Below, piece by piece: positions 12,031 to 24,600 of a stretch of 64,000 nt of DNA. The notes below the pieces were generated by a model, which made no database searches, had not been told where the DNA came from, and worked only from the letters and a program-made list of their open reading frames with translations. Position numbers and translations under genes: made by a program. The stretch comes from Vicugna vicugna (Eukaryota). The stretch lies in NCBI GenBank assembly GCA_013265495.1, contig MU058451.1, positions 2,351,305 through 2,415,304 of the forward strand, read 5' to 3'. Position 1 is the stretch's first letter, and every line of letters begins with the position of its first letter.

Positions 12031-13810
12031 AAAGAAGGAAATCCTGACACACACCACAGCATGGATAACCTTGAGGAGATCATGCTAAGTAAAATAAGCC
12101 ACTCACAAAAGGACAGTATTGTATGATTCCACAAATATTTTAATATTCTTAGAGTAGTTAAATTCATAGAGACACAAAGTAGAATGGGGGTTTCCAGGTC
12201 CTGGGGAGAGAGGTGAGCGAGGAGTTCGGGTTTAATAGGTACAGAGCGTCAGTTGGAAAAGACAGAAAAGTCTTGGAGATGGATGGTGGCGACGGTTGCA
12301 CAACAGTGTGGCTATTCTTAATGACAGAACTATATAGCTAAGACGGTTAAAATGGTAAATTTTATGTTATATATATTTTACCACATTTTTTTAAAGTGAA
12401 AAAAACCTCCAATAGTAGGAAGACAACCAAATTTTAAAATGGTCAAAACATTTACGTACATAATCACAGAAGAGAGATGACTAATCAGAACAGGAAGAGA
12501 TGCTGAATTTGATCAGCCTTGTGGAAATGCAAATTAAAACCACAATGAGATACCAGCACACACCTACTATAATGGCTATAATTCAAAAGATTACCAATGC
12601 CAAGTGTTGTGAAGAAAATGGAATTTTTGCACATTGTTGGTGGACGTATAGAATTGTACAAAGTTTGGAAAATTATTTGACAATTTTAAGAAATTTAAAC
12701 ATATATTTACTATATAATCCAGCAATGTCACTAGCAGGTATCTACCCAAGAAAAATGTGTCCACACAAACTTGTATAAGCAGCATTATTCATAATGGTCC
12801 CAAACTAGAAACAATCTAGATGTTCATAAACGGGTGAACAGGTAAACAATATGTGGTGTATCCACATAATAGAATAATAGTTCATAATAAAAACAAATGG
12901 ACTATTGATACATGGAATGTGAAGCTGAAAGATCCAGCTACCAATACCATGCAAAGATTCCCACTTCGCAGGGGTTAGCAAAGAACGTAGCACCATCAAC
13001 CACCGGAAGTGGGAGCCCACAGACCTTGGCCCACCGCATCACCTATGGGTTCAGAGCCGCCAGCGAGCACTCAGCACACAAGGCACTGATTGGAACAACT
13101 CTTTATTCACAGAAAGGAGAAAAGATGCAGCAAGTTCAGCATCCCTAGTGTGTGACAGTCTCCCATGGCCAGCAGGTCCCCCCATAGCTGACACAGGGCA
13201 ATGGGCTGCATATGGCCCCTCATGCTGCAGGTGAAGACCCGGTTCCCCTCCCATGGTGGGTGGTAGGGTGGAGGAGTGGGCAGATACACTAGTGGGGCTG
13301 GCCAGCTGCCCAATGACGCACATGCTTAAGCAGTACAAGGAAGTTCACTAAATTCTCAGAACAGGGAAAGATTTCTCCTAATAAGGAAGAAGAATTTGAG
13401 GCCAAGCAACAGCTAGGTACCTGGCGTCCATATAAGGAAATGTTCTAGGCGCACTGATTGGCCAGTCTCGGGGAAGGGGGACAGGCTGCCTGATGGCTCC
13501 TTCCCTAACAGCCAACAGCATGGATCGAGTTTAAAAACATCATACTAGGGAAAAGAAGCCAGACACAAAAGACTACATATTATATTTAGGTGACATTTCG
13601 AGAAAAGGCAAACCTGTGGCAATAGAAAGTAGATCAGTGGTTGTCTGGGACTAGGAGCGGGAGCAGAGTTTGGCTAAAGGAGTCATGAAGGAAATTTTAG
13701 GGGTGATGGAAATGTTCTGTGATGACTTATATACATCAAACTGTATACTTACAATGGATGAATTTAATGGTGTGTAAAATATACTTCAATAAATCTGTTA
13801 AAAAATTAAA
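12030..13810 (+). mobile_element. Stacked old L1 3' fragments (L1MB/L1ME-like), split by an LTR
   Basis: catggataaccttgagg..atgctaagt; ORF 12500-12778 resembles the L1 ORF2 C-terminus (EMQIKTTMRYQHTP...PAMSLAGIYP); L1 text resumes at 13511. Confidence 0.8.
12918..13510 (-). mobile_element. Solo LTR (probably ERVL-class) inserted in L1
   Basis: TG...CA bounded block (tgtgaag...ccctaaca) interrupts contiguous L1 sequence; minus-strand AATAAA at about 13102. Confidence 0.7.
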
Positions 13811-14184
13811 GAAAGTAAAGAGACATAGCAACCAAATACCAAAGAGCAATTCTTGCTTAGATTCTGGATCCAAAACAAAAACTATAAAAGAAAATTTGGG
13901 GACACTTGTGGAAGTTTGAATATAGGCTATATATTTGGTAACATTACAGAACTGGTCGTTTTTGTAGGTGTGATAGCAGTACATGGTTTTATAGGAGGAC
14001 GTCTGTCTTAAGAGATGCCTGCCGAAGTATTTAGGGATGAAATCTTCTGGTTCTACAACTTATTTTCAAATGGCTCAGAAAAAAAAAATAGATAGAGGTA
14101 AAATAAATGTAGCAAAATGTTGATGCGAGTATAGATGAAGGTAAATGATGTTTGTTGTACTAATATTCAAGTTTTTCTTGTATG

Positions 14185-14342
14185 TATATTTTTTATTGAA
14201 GTATAGTCAGTTTACAATGTTGTGTCAATTTCTCCTTTACAGCACAGTTCTTCAGTCATACATGAACATACATGTTTGTTTTCATATTCTTTTTCACTAT
14301 AAGTTCCTACAAGATACTGAACATAATTCCCTGTGCTATACA
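14185..14342 (-). mobile_element. Short L1 3' end (camelid-type)
   Basis: tttttattgaagtatagtcagtttacaatgttgtgtcaatttc...ccctgtgctatac. Confidence 0.8.
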
Positions 14343-14409
14343 AGGTTTTTTTTACATTGGAAATTTTTCCAAATAAAATCTGGGAAAGAGCAAGAAATCC
14401 ATGCCTTGT

Positions 14410-15020
14410 CACTATAATAAAACTGTGGAACTCTAAAGACACATAGGAGATCTTAAAAGCAGCCAGAGGAAAAAACAGATTGTCTGCAAAGGAATAGCAT
14501 TAGATAAGAGCAACAATAGAAATCAAAATGCAGTGGACTGTCTTCAAAGGTTTGAGAGAAAATAACTTCAAACCTACAGGTGAGTACCCAGCAAAGCTAT
14601 CTTTTAAGAATGAGGACAAAATTAAGATGTTTACTGAGAGCCTGTTGCACAGAACCTTTCATAAGAAACATCTAAATCTAAAGGATTATACTCAGCAAGA
14701 AGCAAAGTTAAACTGTAAGGAGTTTGAGATGGAAGGAATGTCGAGAAAATAAAATGGAAAACATATGTGTAAAAAATAATAGTAATGACAGTTATAAAGA
14801 TGTCTGATTTGCTAAGTTTAAAAAAAGGACAGAACTAAAATATCAGACTACAAGAGTATATAAATTAGGAGGGGGTGATCAGAGGGAAAACGTTCTAAGA
14901 TGCTGGTATTAATTTAGGAGGGAAATTAATAGAGTTTAACATTAGACTTTGTTAAGATAAATGTGCAAAGTAATATTCCAATAAAAGAACAGCAAAGGAA
15001 TATATAAATTCCAAACTAGG
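14410..15020 (+). mobile_element. Old L1 ORF1 C-terminal fossil
   Basis: ORF 14528-14752 gives WTVFKGLRENNFKPTGEYPAKLSFKNEDKIKMF, matching the L1 ORF1p CTD motif (W..IF..L.E.NF.PRI.YPAKLSF). Confidence 0.8.
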
Positions 15021-15661
15021 GCCCCCAGTGGAGAAAGAATATTACACATATGCATTATTGGCAATGTCCTAGTTCTTTGGCTGGGTGATGGGTTCATAGC
15101 TTTTCATTATATTATATTTATATTGTAAATATATGTTATTATATTATTATACATAATATAATGTGTATATAATAAACATTTTAAGACAAATTTTTTAAAG
15201 AAAGAAAAAATTGCATTATATAATTTGTCACTCCTAGAGGGACTGCCCTCTTGCTCTGTTGAGCTGTATTTCATTCCTTAGAAATCGTAGGGTTAAGTGT
15301 GTGTGGCTCCTGATTCCTGTAATTATTCTGTGGGTTTGAAATTGAGTGTGTTTTTACCAGTCCAAGAGCCCGCCCTCTGGCACCTCTGATGGCTCTTTCT
15401 TGCTATTCATCTCATTCAGTTGTTATTTTTTCCTGTCTGTATTCAGTGGCTTTATAATGTTCCAAAATTTTCCATGAGGATAATTTCCAGAAGAATGAGC
15501 TACTGAGTCTGGATAGCAAGCTAACTGGCTCACTCTGCCCCTGCAGGACCAATGGGGAAGAGCCTTGGCTGGCCTGGCCACTTAGATGACCTGCCCAGGC
15601 CTTGGGATCCCACCAACCACACTTCTCAAAGCCTCCATTAAGAAGGAGAAGCCAGAAAAGA

Positions 15662-15745
15662 CATCTCCATCCCCATCCTCATCCACATCCCGATCTTCAT
15701 CCCTAAACCCACCCCCATCCCCATCTCCATATCCTCTAACTAGGT
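15662..15745. repeat. Degenerate (CCCCAT)n-like low-complexity tract
   Basis: catctccatccccatcctcatccacatcccgatc...cccccatccccatctccat. Confidence 0.7.
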
Positions 15746-15924
15746 CTCAGCCCTTACCACTATCCCGCCTGGAGCAACCAGACGGTAGGGCCTCCTGGGC
15801 TCCACGAACAATGCCTACGAATGGACAAGGGGTAGGTACTCAGTGGAGGCCTGGCCCAGGCCAGTGTCCTAAGTTGAACCTTACTCCAGAGCAGGACCCC
15901 AGTCCCATGCCCAAATCTATCCCT

Positions 15925-16097
15925 CTACCTATGTTTGTAAGTAAAGTTTTATAGCACACAGCCACTCATTCATTTACATACTGTCTATGGCTGCATTCAC
16001 ACCTCAGTGGCCCAGCTGAGTAGATTGACAGAGACGGTGTGGCCCACAGAGCTATTTACAATCTGGCCTTTTACAGAACAAGTTTGCTGACCCTCTG
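15925..16097 (+). mobile_element. MER58A-like MITE, 5'-truncated
   Basis: taaagttttatagcacacagccactcattcatttacatactgtctatggctgc...aagtttgctgaccctctg. Confidence 0.8.
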
Positions 16098-16402
16098 CCT
16101 CATTTCCCAGTGTCCAGGACTCTGTCTGCCTCCTAAAGGGGAGCCCCAGTATCAGACCTGGCAGCTGATGAGAGCAGCGTGATGGACAGAGGCCATGGTA
16201 CACACCCACCTCTGTTCTGCCCTCAGAAGACAGATTTGGGTCTCTAGTCTGCCACTGATGAGCAAAACACAGAACTTCTTTCTGCCTCCACCGGTCTATC
16301 TGGCAGATGGAAAAGGCAATATCTGCCCAATTTACCTTTCCAGGTGAGGAACAAGTTAAATACTGTGTCTGAGCATGTCAGACTGAAGAGCAGACCCTAG
16401 AG

Positions 16403-16776
16403 GAGCAATTCTTAAACCTCAGCCCCCGAAACACCCAGAGGGCTCGTTAAAACACAGCTTGCTAGGGCACACCTTACAGAACTTTGGATTCAGCATGTCT
16501 GGTGGGGGACCCGAGAAAACTGCATTTCTTACAAGTTTCTGGGCTGTGCTATTCCTGCTGGTCCAGAGGCCACGTTTTGGGAACCTCTGCCTTGGATTAG
16601 TAAGTGGTTCTTCTCCACACCTGCACTTTAGAGTCACCAGGAAGCTTTAAAAATCCTGACGCATAGGACACGTCCCAGAACAACTAAGTCTGAATCTCCG
16701 GGAATGGGACCCAGACATCAGCGTTTATAAAAGCTTTCCAGGTGATGCCAATGTACAGCCAAGGTTAAGAGCACTA
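16403..16776. mobile_element. Two adjacent MER5-family MITEs
   Basis: Unit 1 spans about 16403-16589 (..ctgcatttcttacaag..tgctggtccagaggccacgttttgggaacc); unit 2 spans about 16602-16776 (agtggttct..ccaggtgatgccaatgtacagccaaggttaagagcact). Confidence 0.75.
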
Positions 16777-17119
16777 ACCAGGGACACTGGGAGGAATATC
16801 TGGGTCTTTTTCTTATTTGTTTGTTTACTGATGCTATGTCATTTACAACTTTTAAAAATCAGATTAAATACAGATACATTATAGACTAGAATGCAAAACC
16901 TATATGAATTTTCAAAGCCATTTTCTGTTTGCAGTGAACTACTTAATGCCTGAGGTTTCAGCCTCCTAACAAGGGGAGTTATGATATACAAGCGAGTGTC
17001 TTGCATCTTGGAAGAAGCCAAGGCTGACCTGTATCATCCTAGGCAATCTTTGTCTAAATCCCTCCCCAGGTTTGCTTCTGACGCAGCCAACTGACAGGAT
17101 TTCCAGGGTTACCTCCTTC

Positions 17120-17825
17120 TGCAGCCAGCTATGAATTTACTTCCTCCAAAATGCACCTGGATCTATTTTTTTTCCTCCATCAGCCAAGCCACCACCACGT
17201 CTCACCTGTCCCCCTACAATGGCCTTCTGATGATACTGCATTCCTTACCAATAACTGGATTGGTTATACGAAATGGAAATCTGATTACATCTCCCTCTTG
17301 TCCCAGTTCTTCAGTGGCTACCACTGCACCCAGAATAAAATTTAAACTCTGTACTCAGTTTACAAGTCCCGTCTGCTGCCCACCTTCCCACCCTCATCCT
17401 GCTCCCTCCTCTTCCAAACACCCGTGACACCAGGCTTCTCTCAGCTCCTGAAAGAACTCAAACATTTCCCCCTCCAAGGCCTTCCATCCACCTCAGCAAC
17501 CTTCCCCAAATCTCCTCATCCTTCAGGGCTGAGCTTAAAAATGTCTCCCCAGACAGGCGCTCCCCACCGTCCTGTCCGGGGGAGGCCATCCGGCCGCAGG
17601 CTAGGTTCTGCTGCATCTTCTCTTTCATCTAGTCCCTTGAGGGCCACCGTCATGCTTTGCAGTTATTGTTTTCTTTCTCCTCCCTTCCCTCCCCCACTCC
17701 CTTTTTTCTGTCTCTACCTCCTCTAGAATCTAAGTTCCTTTAGAAAAGAGACTAAGTCTTCTGTTCTCCACTTTGTTCTCAGGACCAAACAGACCAGGTA
17801 GGTGCTCAGTAAATATTTACTACAT
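17120..17825 (+). mobile_element. L2 3' region
   Basis: caagccaccacc..tctcacctg...ctagaatctaagttcc...gtaggtgctcagtaaatattt. Confidence 0.7.
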
Positions 17826-17849
17826 TAAGGTTAGTTTAATGTTACTATC

Positions 17850-18194
17850 AGCCAACCTTGACTTCTCTCTCTCGTCCGCACAAGTGACATGATATGCCAT
17901 GAAGTGAGCTGGGCGACAGGAGTGAAGGAGGACCAGGCCTCTGAGGGGCCAGCTGCCCCTCATTCCTGCCAGTTGCCACCACGTAGGCCCTTGGTTGATG
18001 GATTGTCCAACATTTCAAGAGATGCAGACAATTCAGATCATCTGTGATTTAAAAACCCTGGCAACTAAACTAAACTTCTTAAAAAAAAAAAAAGCAAAGG
18101 AAAAAGAATACCCAACCCTCTGGGAGGCCAAACAAAACACATAACACATCTGTGGGCTGGGTCCAGCCGGAGGGCTGCCAGTTTGCAACCTCTG
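17850..18194 (-). mobile_element. MER102-like hAT-Charlie element
   Basis: Terminus ggccaaacaaaacac..catctgtgggctgggtccagccggagggctgccagtttgcaacctctg. Confidence 0.65.
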
Positions 18195-18330
18195 CTGAAA
18201 TCCAGATGGACAAAATCCATGGCTCTGCTCTGATCTACCAGCCCAGTCACCCTATCAAAGGGAGGAATGAGGTTAGATGTGGTTTGGATTATCAGTGTTT
18301 CCCAAGAAAAGATAGTCCTTTGAACCATGA
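18195..18330 (-). mobile_element. CR1/L3 LINE reverse-transcriptase fossil
   Basis: Translation SNLIPPFDRVTGLVDQSRAMDFVHLDFS matches CR1 RT (TNLISF.D.VT.LVD.G.AVDVVYLDFSKAFD). Confidence 0.8.
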
Positions 18331-19722
18331 ATTTGACTGCAGATTTCAAGGGCTGTAGGCCCAGCAATGGGGTGAGCCCAGCCAGCCTGCCACTCACTAC
18401 ACATTTCTCAGACCCAGGATGTGCCAGAGAGGGTGCAGCTCTTTGGGCAGTGGCTGGAGCTCAAAGCCTTGAGCTGCGCTGCTCCCAGCCTGTTCCTTCC
18501 TCACTCTGCCCTCCCCGCTGCCTCCCTGAAGCTCCAGCCTCTCTGCTCACTCCTGCCCCACTCATCACCCCTTCCTCGCTCCCTAGAAACCCACGGGCCC
18601 CCAACCCCACCTTCTCCTCAAAGCCTTGTCAGAGGAGATGTCCATCCTTCCAAGCTCCTCCTCCCTGGTAGTGGCAGCGCTGGAGGTGATGCTGTGGTTT
18701 GGGTGGTGGCGGCTCAGGCTGTTTTGTTAGGCTTTATTCTACTGTGTTTTTTCATCCCATATCTGTCCCTCCCTCCCTCTCTCCATCGATCAAAACATTT
18801 TCTTTCCTGATGCATTTCAAAGTCAAATGGACACATCGGTTTACTTCAGAATAAAGTCACTGTGAGCATTCTTGCACAGATGTTTTGGTGTTCACCTCTC
18901 TCAAGTAAATCCTTGGAGGTGGAACTGCTGGCTCACAGAGCAGATGCGTGTCACCCGGTTTTGATTGGGGTTTCTCTTTGATCCAGTGATATCAGCAGTC
19001 ACGTCTGAGTTTCTCCTATGGGCCAGACATGGCTGGACATGTCTATCAAGGGAAAGACAGATCTGGTCTTCAGAGAGCATGCAGTTCTGTGAGGGGGACA
19101 GGCACGCACATGCGGCCACTTAAATGACAACATGTGGAACATGGGGCTCACCATCTGCTACGGAGAGGATGAAGGAGGCAGCCTAGTGGTGCCATGTGTT
19201 TGGGCAGGCAGGGGCTGGAGAATCCGGGAGGGCTTCATGTAGGAGGCAGACCTGAGCTGCACCTGGAGAGGACGGTGAGGAGGAAAGGGGGAGGAGTGGA
19301 CATGTTAGACAGGAGGAGGTGAGAAAAACATGCGGACAGGACAGAGCCAGGCATGTTCAGAAGACAAATGACCCAGCCTAGAAGGGCCTGGAGAGGCTGC
19401 CGAACATTTGGGGTTCAGATCATTGACTGCCAGGCTCCAGAACTTCAGGTCTTGGAAAGTTCTCCTTTCTCTTCTGGGGCTCAGTGAGTTGGGTTACAGT
19501 AATTTTAGATCCCCCCCAAAAAACTCTCAAAATCCAGACACAACTGTGGAACTTTCAAGTTCTTAGTATTTCCAGAAAATTGAGTATGGCCTTCCAATAC
19601 TGCCCTAGCGATGTTCCAGTTTTACTTTTTGGTTTTTCAGGCAGGTGCATAAACTTCACAAAAACTGCATGGAGCAGGACATCTCTAGTCTTAGGATCAA
19701 GTGGTCACTGTCATTGCTTCTT

Positions 19723-19809
19723 TATTTTTTTTTTAATGGAGGTACTGGGATTGGACCTGGCACCTCATGCATGCTATGTATGCACTCCACCACTGAGCTA
19801 TACCCACTC
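19723..19809 (-). mobile_element. Vic-1-type SINE (short form)
   Basis: Reverse complement of the tRNA-like head; 17-bp TSD cactgtca(t/c)tgc(t/c)tctt at 19706-19722 and 19810-19826. Confidence 0.9.
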
Positions 19810-20495
19810 CACTGTCACTGCCTCTTAAACGCCCCTATTTGTGACTTTGGGTGCCCTGCTCTCTGCCCTGTGCTGCTGGCGGTTCTGAAGGTGGGGAAGC
19901 AGCGGCAGGACCAAGGTAGTTAAAAGAGAACACGTGGGATGCCCGCGTTCCAGCCTCCGCGGCCCGACCCACGAACAAGATGTTTCGAATGGGCTGTTGG
20001 GGCTCGGGGCTTCCCCGTGACGAGGGGCTGGGTTTCCTGCGTTCTGTACTCTTTCCTGGTAGGACACACCATCTCCTGACAAAAACGAATGTCCCCGTTC
20101 CTTAGAATCTGTGTACCTTTTCAGACTTAGGGCCCTACCCTCGACGATGCTTTGGTCTCTGACTCAGAGTCCTGTGAAGATGCTCAGATGGCCTCAGGCA
20201 GGGGAAAATCTGTTGACCAGCTCTTGTGGTTCTTACAACACACTTGGCCGCCAGGGCTCCAACCTGGCCTCCGTGTGAGTACGGACAAGGCGGTCCTGGG
20301 GAGATGCACCCCTGAGGGGCGATGGAGAGCCTTGGTGGGAATGACCCAGGCTCTTTGCACATGATTTCTTTTTCTTTGGCATTAGGAGATGTAAGTTGCT
20401 GAAAGGGCTCAGAGCCCAGGGCTACAAATCTCAGATCTCGACATGCAGGGTAGTGGAGAGAGCAATGGCCTACAGGCCCTGGGACTAGTGGGCGG

Positions 20496-20514
20496 CCCAC
20501 GACTAGATGGCAGC
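20496..20514 (+). promoter_or_regulatory. Possible CTCF site
   Basis: cgactagatggcagc, one mismatch to the CCACYAGRKGGCRS core. Confidence 0.3.
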
Positions 20515-22939
20515 TGGTGTGGAGTTGCAGAAACCCTCCCGATTTCCCCTCCCTGCTCCTAGGGGATGAATGCTGAACGCAGGGGACTCAGTGTCCTGGT
20601 TTGCTTGATGTGTCTGGTTTTAGTGCTAAAAGTCCCATATCCCAGGAGACTCCTGTCCTGGCAACCCTCTTTGATGAGGCACCGTATAAATGGCAGCAGT
20701 CCCACAGAGCACTTTTCTCTGAATGGAGTTTGGGTTTCTCTGCAGTGCTGGTTAAAGGAAGTCTCAGCGGTGTGTGGATCACTTTCAGAACAAAGCCACC
20801 TCACTGCCCAACATGGGAGCCAAGTGAAGCACAGCAAATGGTCCTTTCCCAGCCAGGCTGTTGGTAAGCACAGGAGAAGGGGTCCTGAAGGCCCTGTAGA
20901 CATGGCTGCTGAATGTGGAGGAGTCAGGGCTATGGGTTCAGCTATAAGGACGGTTTCTGGATCAATCTCCACCATCTTTGATGAGGCAACAGATCTTAAA
21001 TGGCTGTTTTATTTGCAAATTTCAGGAGAGAGCAAATGATATACACGCATTGAGACTGGCTCTCTGACCTGGGGGCTGGAGGTCAGGTCGTTGTCAGCCT
21101 TGTGAGGGCTTGGCTCTGGGCTGGGTTAGAATTTGTCCCCACCTCTTACCCAGAAGAAAGAGGACTCAGCTTCCTAGGGGCTTTGTTACACCTGCTAGAG
21201 TCAAAAGGAGACACTTCAGCTACACAGGTTTTACTTCTAGAAGTTAATTCTCTTGTAAGCCTGTTCCTCTCTACGAGAGTTGAAGGATCTGAGATTCTTG
21301 CCCTAAGGAAGTCATTTTTGTCCTACAAATTCTTGAAGATTGCTCCTCCAAAGGAGATCACCAAAGGGCCATTGCTCTGTGGTTGAAGTTTGCACGATTG
21401 GTCTCTTAAGCTCCTGTCTTTCAGGGATGCTACAGAAGTGTGGGGTGCCCCATGGTTCCATGGGTGTTGGGCCAAATTGTCTGAAACAGATCTCATAGTA
21501 TGAAGACACCATGTCAGACTCAGTGTGCTAGGGATCCCCTCCCATCTCCACCCTCCCCCACACCCAGCCCGGATAGCGCAACAATGCTCCCGTGACAACA
21601 TCACCGATTGTCCCTGAGGTTGTGTGGCTGAGCTCAGTGCTGGCCGCTCTCAGACAACTGTGGGCACCTGTCCTCCACCCACCACGCTAGCCAAGACATA
21701 CAATATGTTCTTCATTATGGGCTACACAGGGGGTCTGAATTACAAGGAAATAATTCAATCTAGCAGGCTGGGGTGAAATTGCCAACCAAAAGAACAATTT
21801 ATGAGATCATCCAAACCTGGATGTGAAATTAATTCCATGCACGGTAACTCGCCACAGACCACCTTGTTTAACTTTACTTTCTCCTCCTAACAGGATCTTC
21901 CTGCTATCATTTCTGTTCCAGACAATATGAAAACCATACAAACAATATGCTAGAAATTACACCAAATCTGAAATACAGTTATAACAGCAGTGGGAGCTTT
22001 AAGCAAAGCGTGTGTCTTATAAATGAATTCATTTATGCGGACGATTCAAAGCATGCTTATTAACAACATCACTGACGCCAACTGTCAGTCTGTAGCTCAG
22101 CTTTGGCCAGTGTAGATAAACCGGAACTTTCAGAGGCACACTTCTTTCAAGCTCAAGCCCTGGTCCACAGGACCACACTCTCCCAGTGAAGTGGCATTGA
22201 CTCTGGGTTCCCAGGAGACAAAAAGGAGGAGGCTCAGGCTCTTGCCACCCTTTCCTGACCTGCCCTAGCAGGGTCTGGAATTACAGCCCCTGCCCTTGAG
22301 GAGCTTACAACTGAGATTTTGAGGAAAAGTTACTACAGACGAGCAGCAGTAAAGAGCCCAAGACAGTGCATGGTGGTGCCCTGGAGCACGGGGGTTCTGG
22401 CGCAGGGCTCACGGGAGGACCCGGGGCTGGGAGACTTGAATCGGCAGTGCTGAGTAAAGCCACAAACACACAGCTATTGTGATCAAGTGTCATATCACGT
22501 AACTAAAATTAGCCTTCAAGACAAGAAAGAATGGGAACTTAGCCATCTGGGCCCACCTAGTCTTGGCATCTGGCCCTCTCCTAGGGAGACTCTCTAGAAG
22601 AAAAAAAAAAAAGAGTCCTATGTTCAACTGCTCATGTGAAAATAGCCCCAGCCCCAAGTGGCTCTGCTCACTCATTTGGACAAGGCCCCCTCTTCTCCAG
22701 TTGGAATTTCCCAGGTGTTTTGTGCTTCGACCCCATGCCTGAGATACTCACTCACTGTGTGTGACTGTAACAAGGAGACCGAGGGAGCGAGAGAGAACTC
22801 CAACCCTGTTCTGCTACTTACAGGGAATTATGGAAAGACTCCATGCAGAAGAGATGGGTGCGAAAGGGTAATTTAAGGTTTGCTTTTGCCAGGTTACTCC
22901 AGCATCTGGGTTCAAATCTATGGAAAATAGGAATGAAGA

Positions 22940-23422
22940 CTGTCCCGTTACCTACTGCTGCAAACAAACCCAGATGGAAAAGCATTATTTCTCACAATTC
23001 TGTGGGTCAACTGGACTCTTCTCCACATGATGGTGGCTGGGGTTGTGGTCATCTGAGGCTTCGCTGGGCCAGAACATCCAAGGGGGCCCGCTTACCTGGC
23101 TGGAAGTTGACGCCAACTGTCAGTCTGTAGCTCAGCTAAGGCTATGGACCCAAGTCCCTACCTGTGGCTGTGGCCTCCCCAGGTGGCCTGGGCTTCTCAT
23201 AGCATGGTGGCTGGGTTCCAAGAGTGAGGGTCAGAAGAGAGCGTGACCCAGCAGGAAGAAATCAGGAGGCCAGACCTGAAATGTGAGGCCTGGAAATGGC
23301 ACAATGGCACTTCCACCAGATTCTATGGCTTTAGAAATTACAGGGCCAGCCCAGACTCAAGGGGAGGGGAAATAAATTCAAGGAAGAGAGTGACCATTTA
23401 TAGCCATCGTTAGTCCGCCACT
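22940..23422 (-). mobile_element. MLT1 (F/G/H-like) MaLR LTR
   Basis: tatttctcacaattctgtgggtca...gggcttctcatagcatggtggctgggttcc...ggccagcccagactcaagggga. Confidence 0.75.
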
Positions 23423-24149
23423 CGAACCTAATTCTAGCCTTTCCGTAGAAGTCAACATGTCCCAGTCTGTGCCCACACAAGCCCCATCCTCTCAATCTCA
23501 GTTCCCTGCACCACTCTTGCCAACGACCCCCACGGCAGGCTGACTTCCAGTGGAGTTTAAAGCAATATCCTCCACTCCGCAGCTCTTCTCTTGAAGTAGA
23601 AGCACTGTCATCAGAAGGCAAATAAAAGCAGGCAGAGCTAAGACCACAAGACCACCAGAAAAGGCTTGTTCCTGCCGAGGTGGGAAGGGGGGTCCAGCTG
23701 GGAGCACCATGATGGGGCAGCATCCACGGGTACCCAAGGCCTATCTGCAGTTGCTCCATCTTCAGAGGCAGCCAACACACTTGCCAGTCATAGGTCATTG
23801 GGGAGAGCGCTGATCCGCTTGAGACTTGCTGATCTGAATGAGACTCGTTAATTTGCAACGTCCCCTGGGCACTGCCTCCTGCTACCGCTCTGACAGCCCC
23901 AGCACAGGCACCATCTCTGCAAGGCCAGTGGGCGGAAGTCACTGACAGCAGCATCCTTTCTTCACTAAATATGTGGCTACACATTGTCCAATTGTTCCCC
24001 AGAAATTTGTACTGATTTACAGTCCTTACATCCAGTGGACTAGTGTATTGGGTAGCTAGAAGACAACGGATTTAGACTTGGCTTGAGGAGCCCTCTAGCC
24101 CCCCAGGACAGTCAGGCTGCCCTTCCCTGCATCCTCCTCCTCCTTCCTG

Positions 24150-24600
24150 AACGACACTGGCAGGTCATCCATGACCTCCTCGTGCCAGACCCTGTGGGCT
24201 CTTTTTCTATCTTTTCTTGCCCCCTCACTTCCTCTCTGTGGCAACTGACACTCCTGACCATCCCATCCTCCCCTCTCTCCGCCATCTTTTCCTTACTACA
24301 TCCATTCCTTCTCAGATTCCTGTATGAGCTCGTATTTCTGTCTGTGTCTTCAGTGTTTGTGCTTCTCAAGACTTTGCCCTTGGCCATGTGCTCCTCTTCT
24401 GCCACTGACCCAGCTCCCCCAGCCAGGGTCCTGGAACCCCCCCTATGTGGCCTCCCTCCCCTCACCCCTACATCCATTGGGTGATTAGGGCCTGTTCTCC
24501 CTCCTCCTGCCCTGCCTGCATTGAGACCCTTGTTACCTCAACTGCATTATAAATAACGTCTATTACCCACTTCCTGTGCCTCTCCGTTGCTTTCTCAGGA
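24150..24600 (+). mobile_element. L2 internal fragment
   Basis: tccatgacctcc...tgacactcctgaccatccc, a pyrimidine-rich L2-like pattern. Confidence 0.45.

Noticed and set aside
12500..12778. L1 ORF2-like ORFs (also 35555-35878, 52158-52607 and 38080-38355)
   Set aside because: Decayed L1 fragments or their antisense frames, not host genes.
15586..15954. Pro/Ser-rich 122-aa ORF
   Set aside because: Its composition is produced by the degenerate CCCCAT-type hexamer repeat.
23331..23984. Longest ORF (217 aa, minus strand)
   Set aside because: No recognisable domain or exon structure, overlaps an MLT1 LTR, and is compatible with chance.
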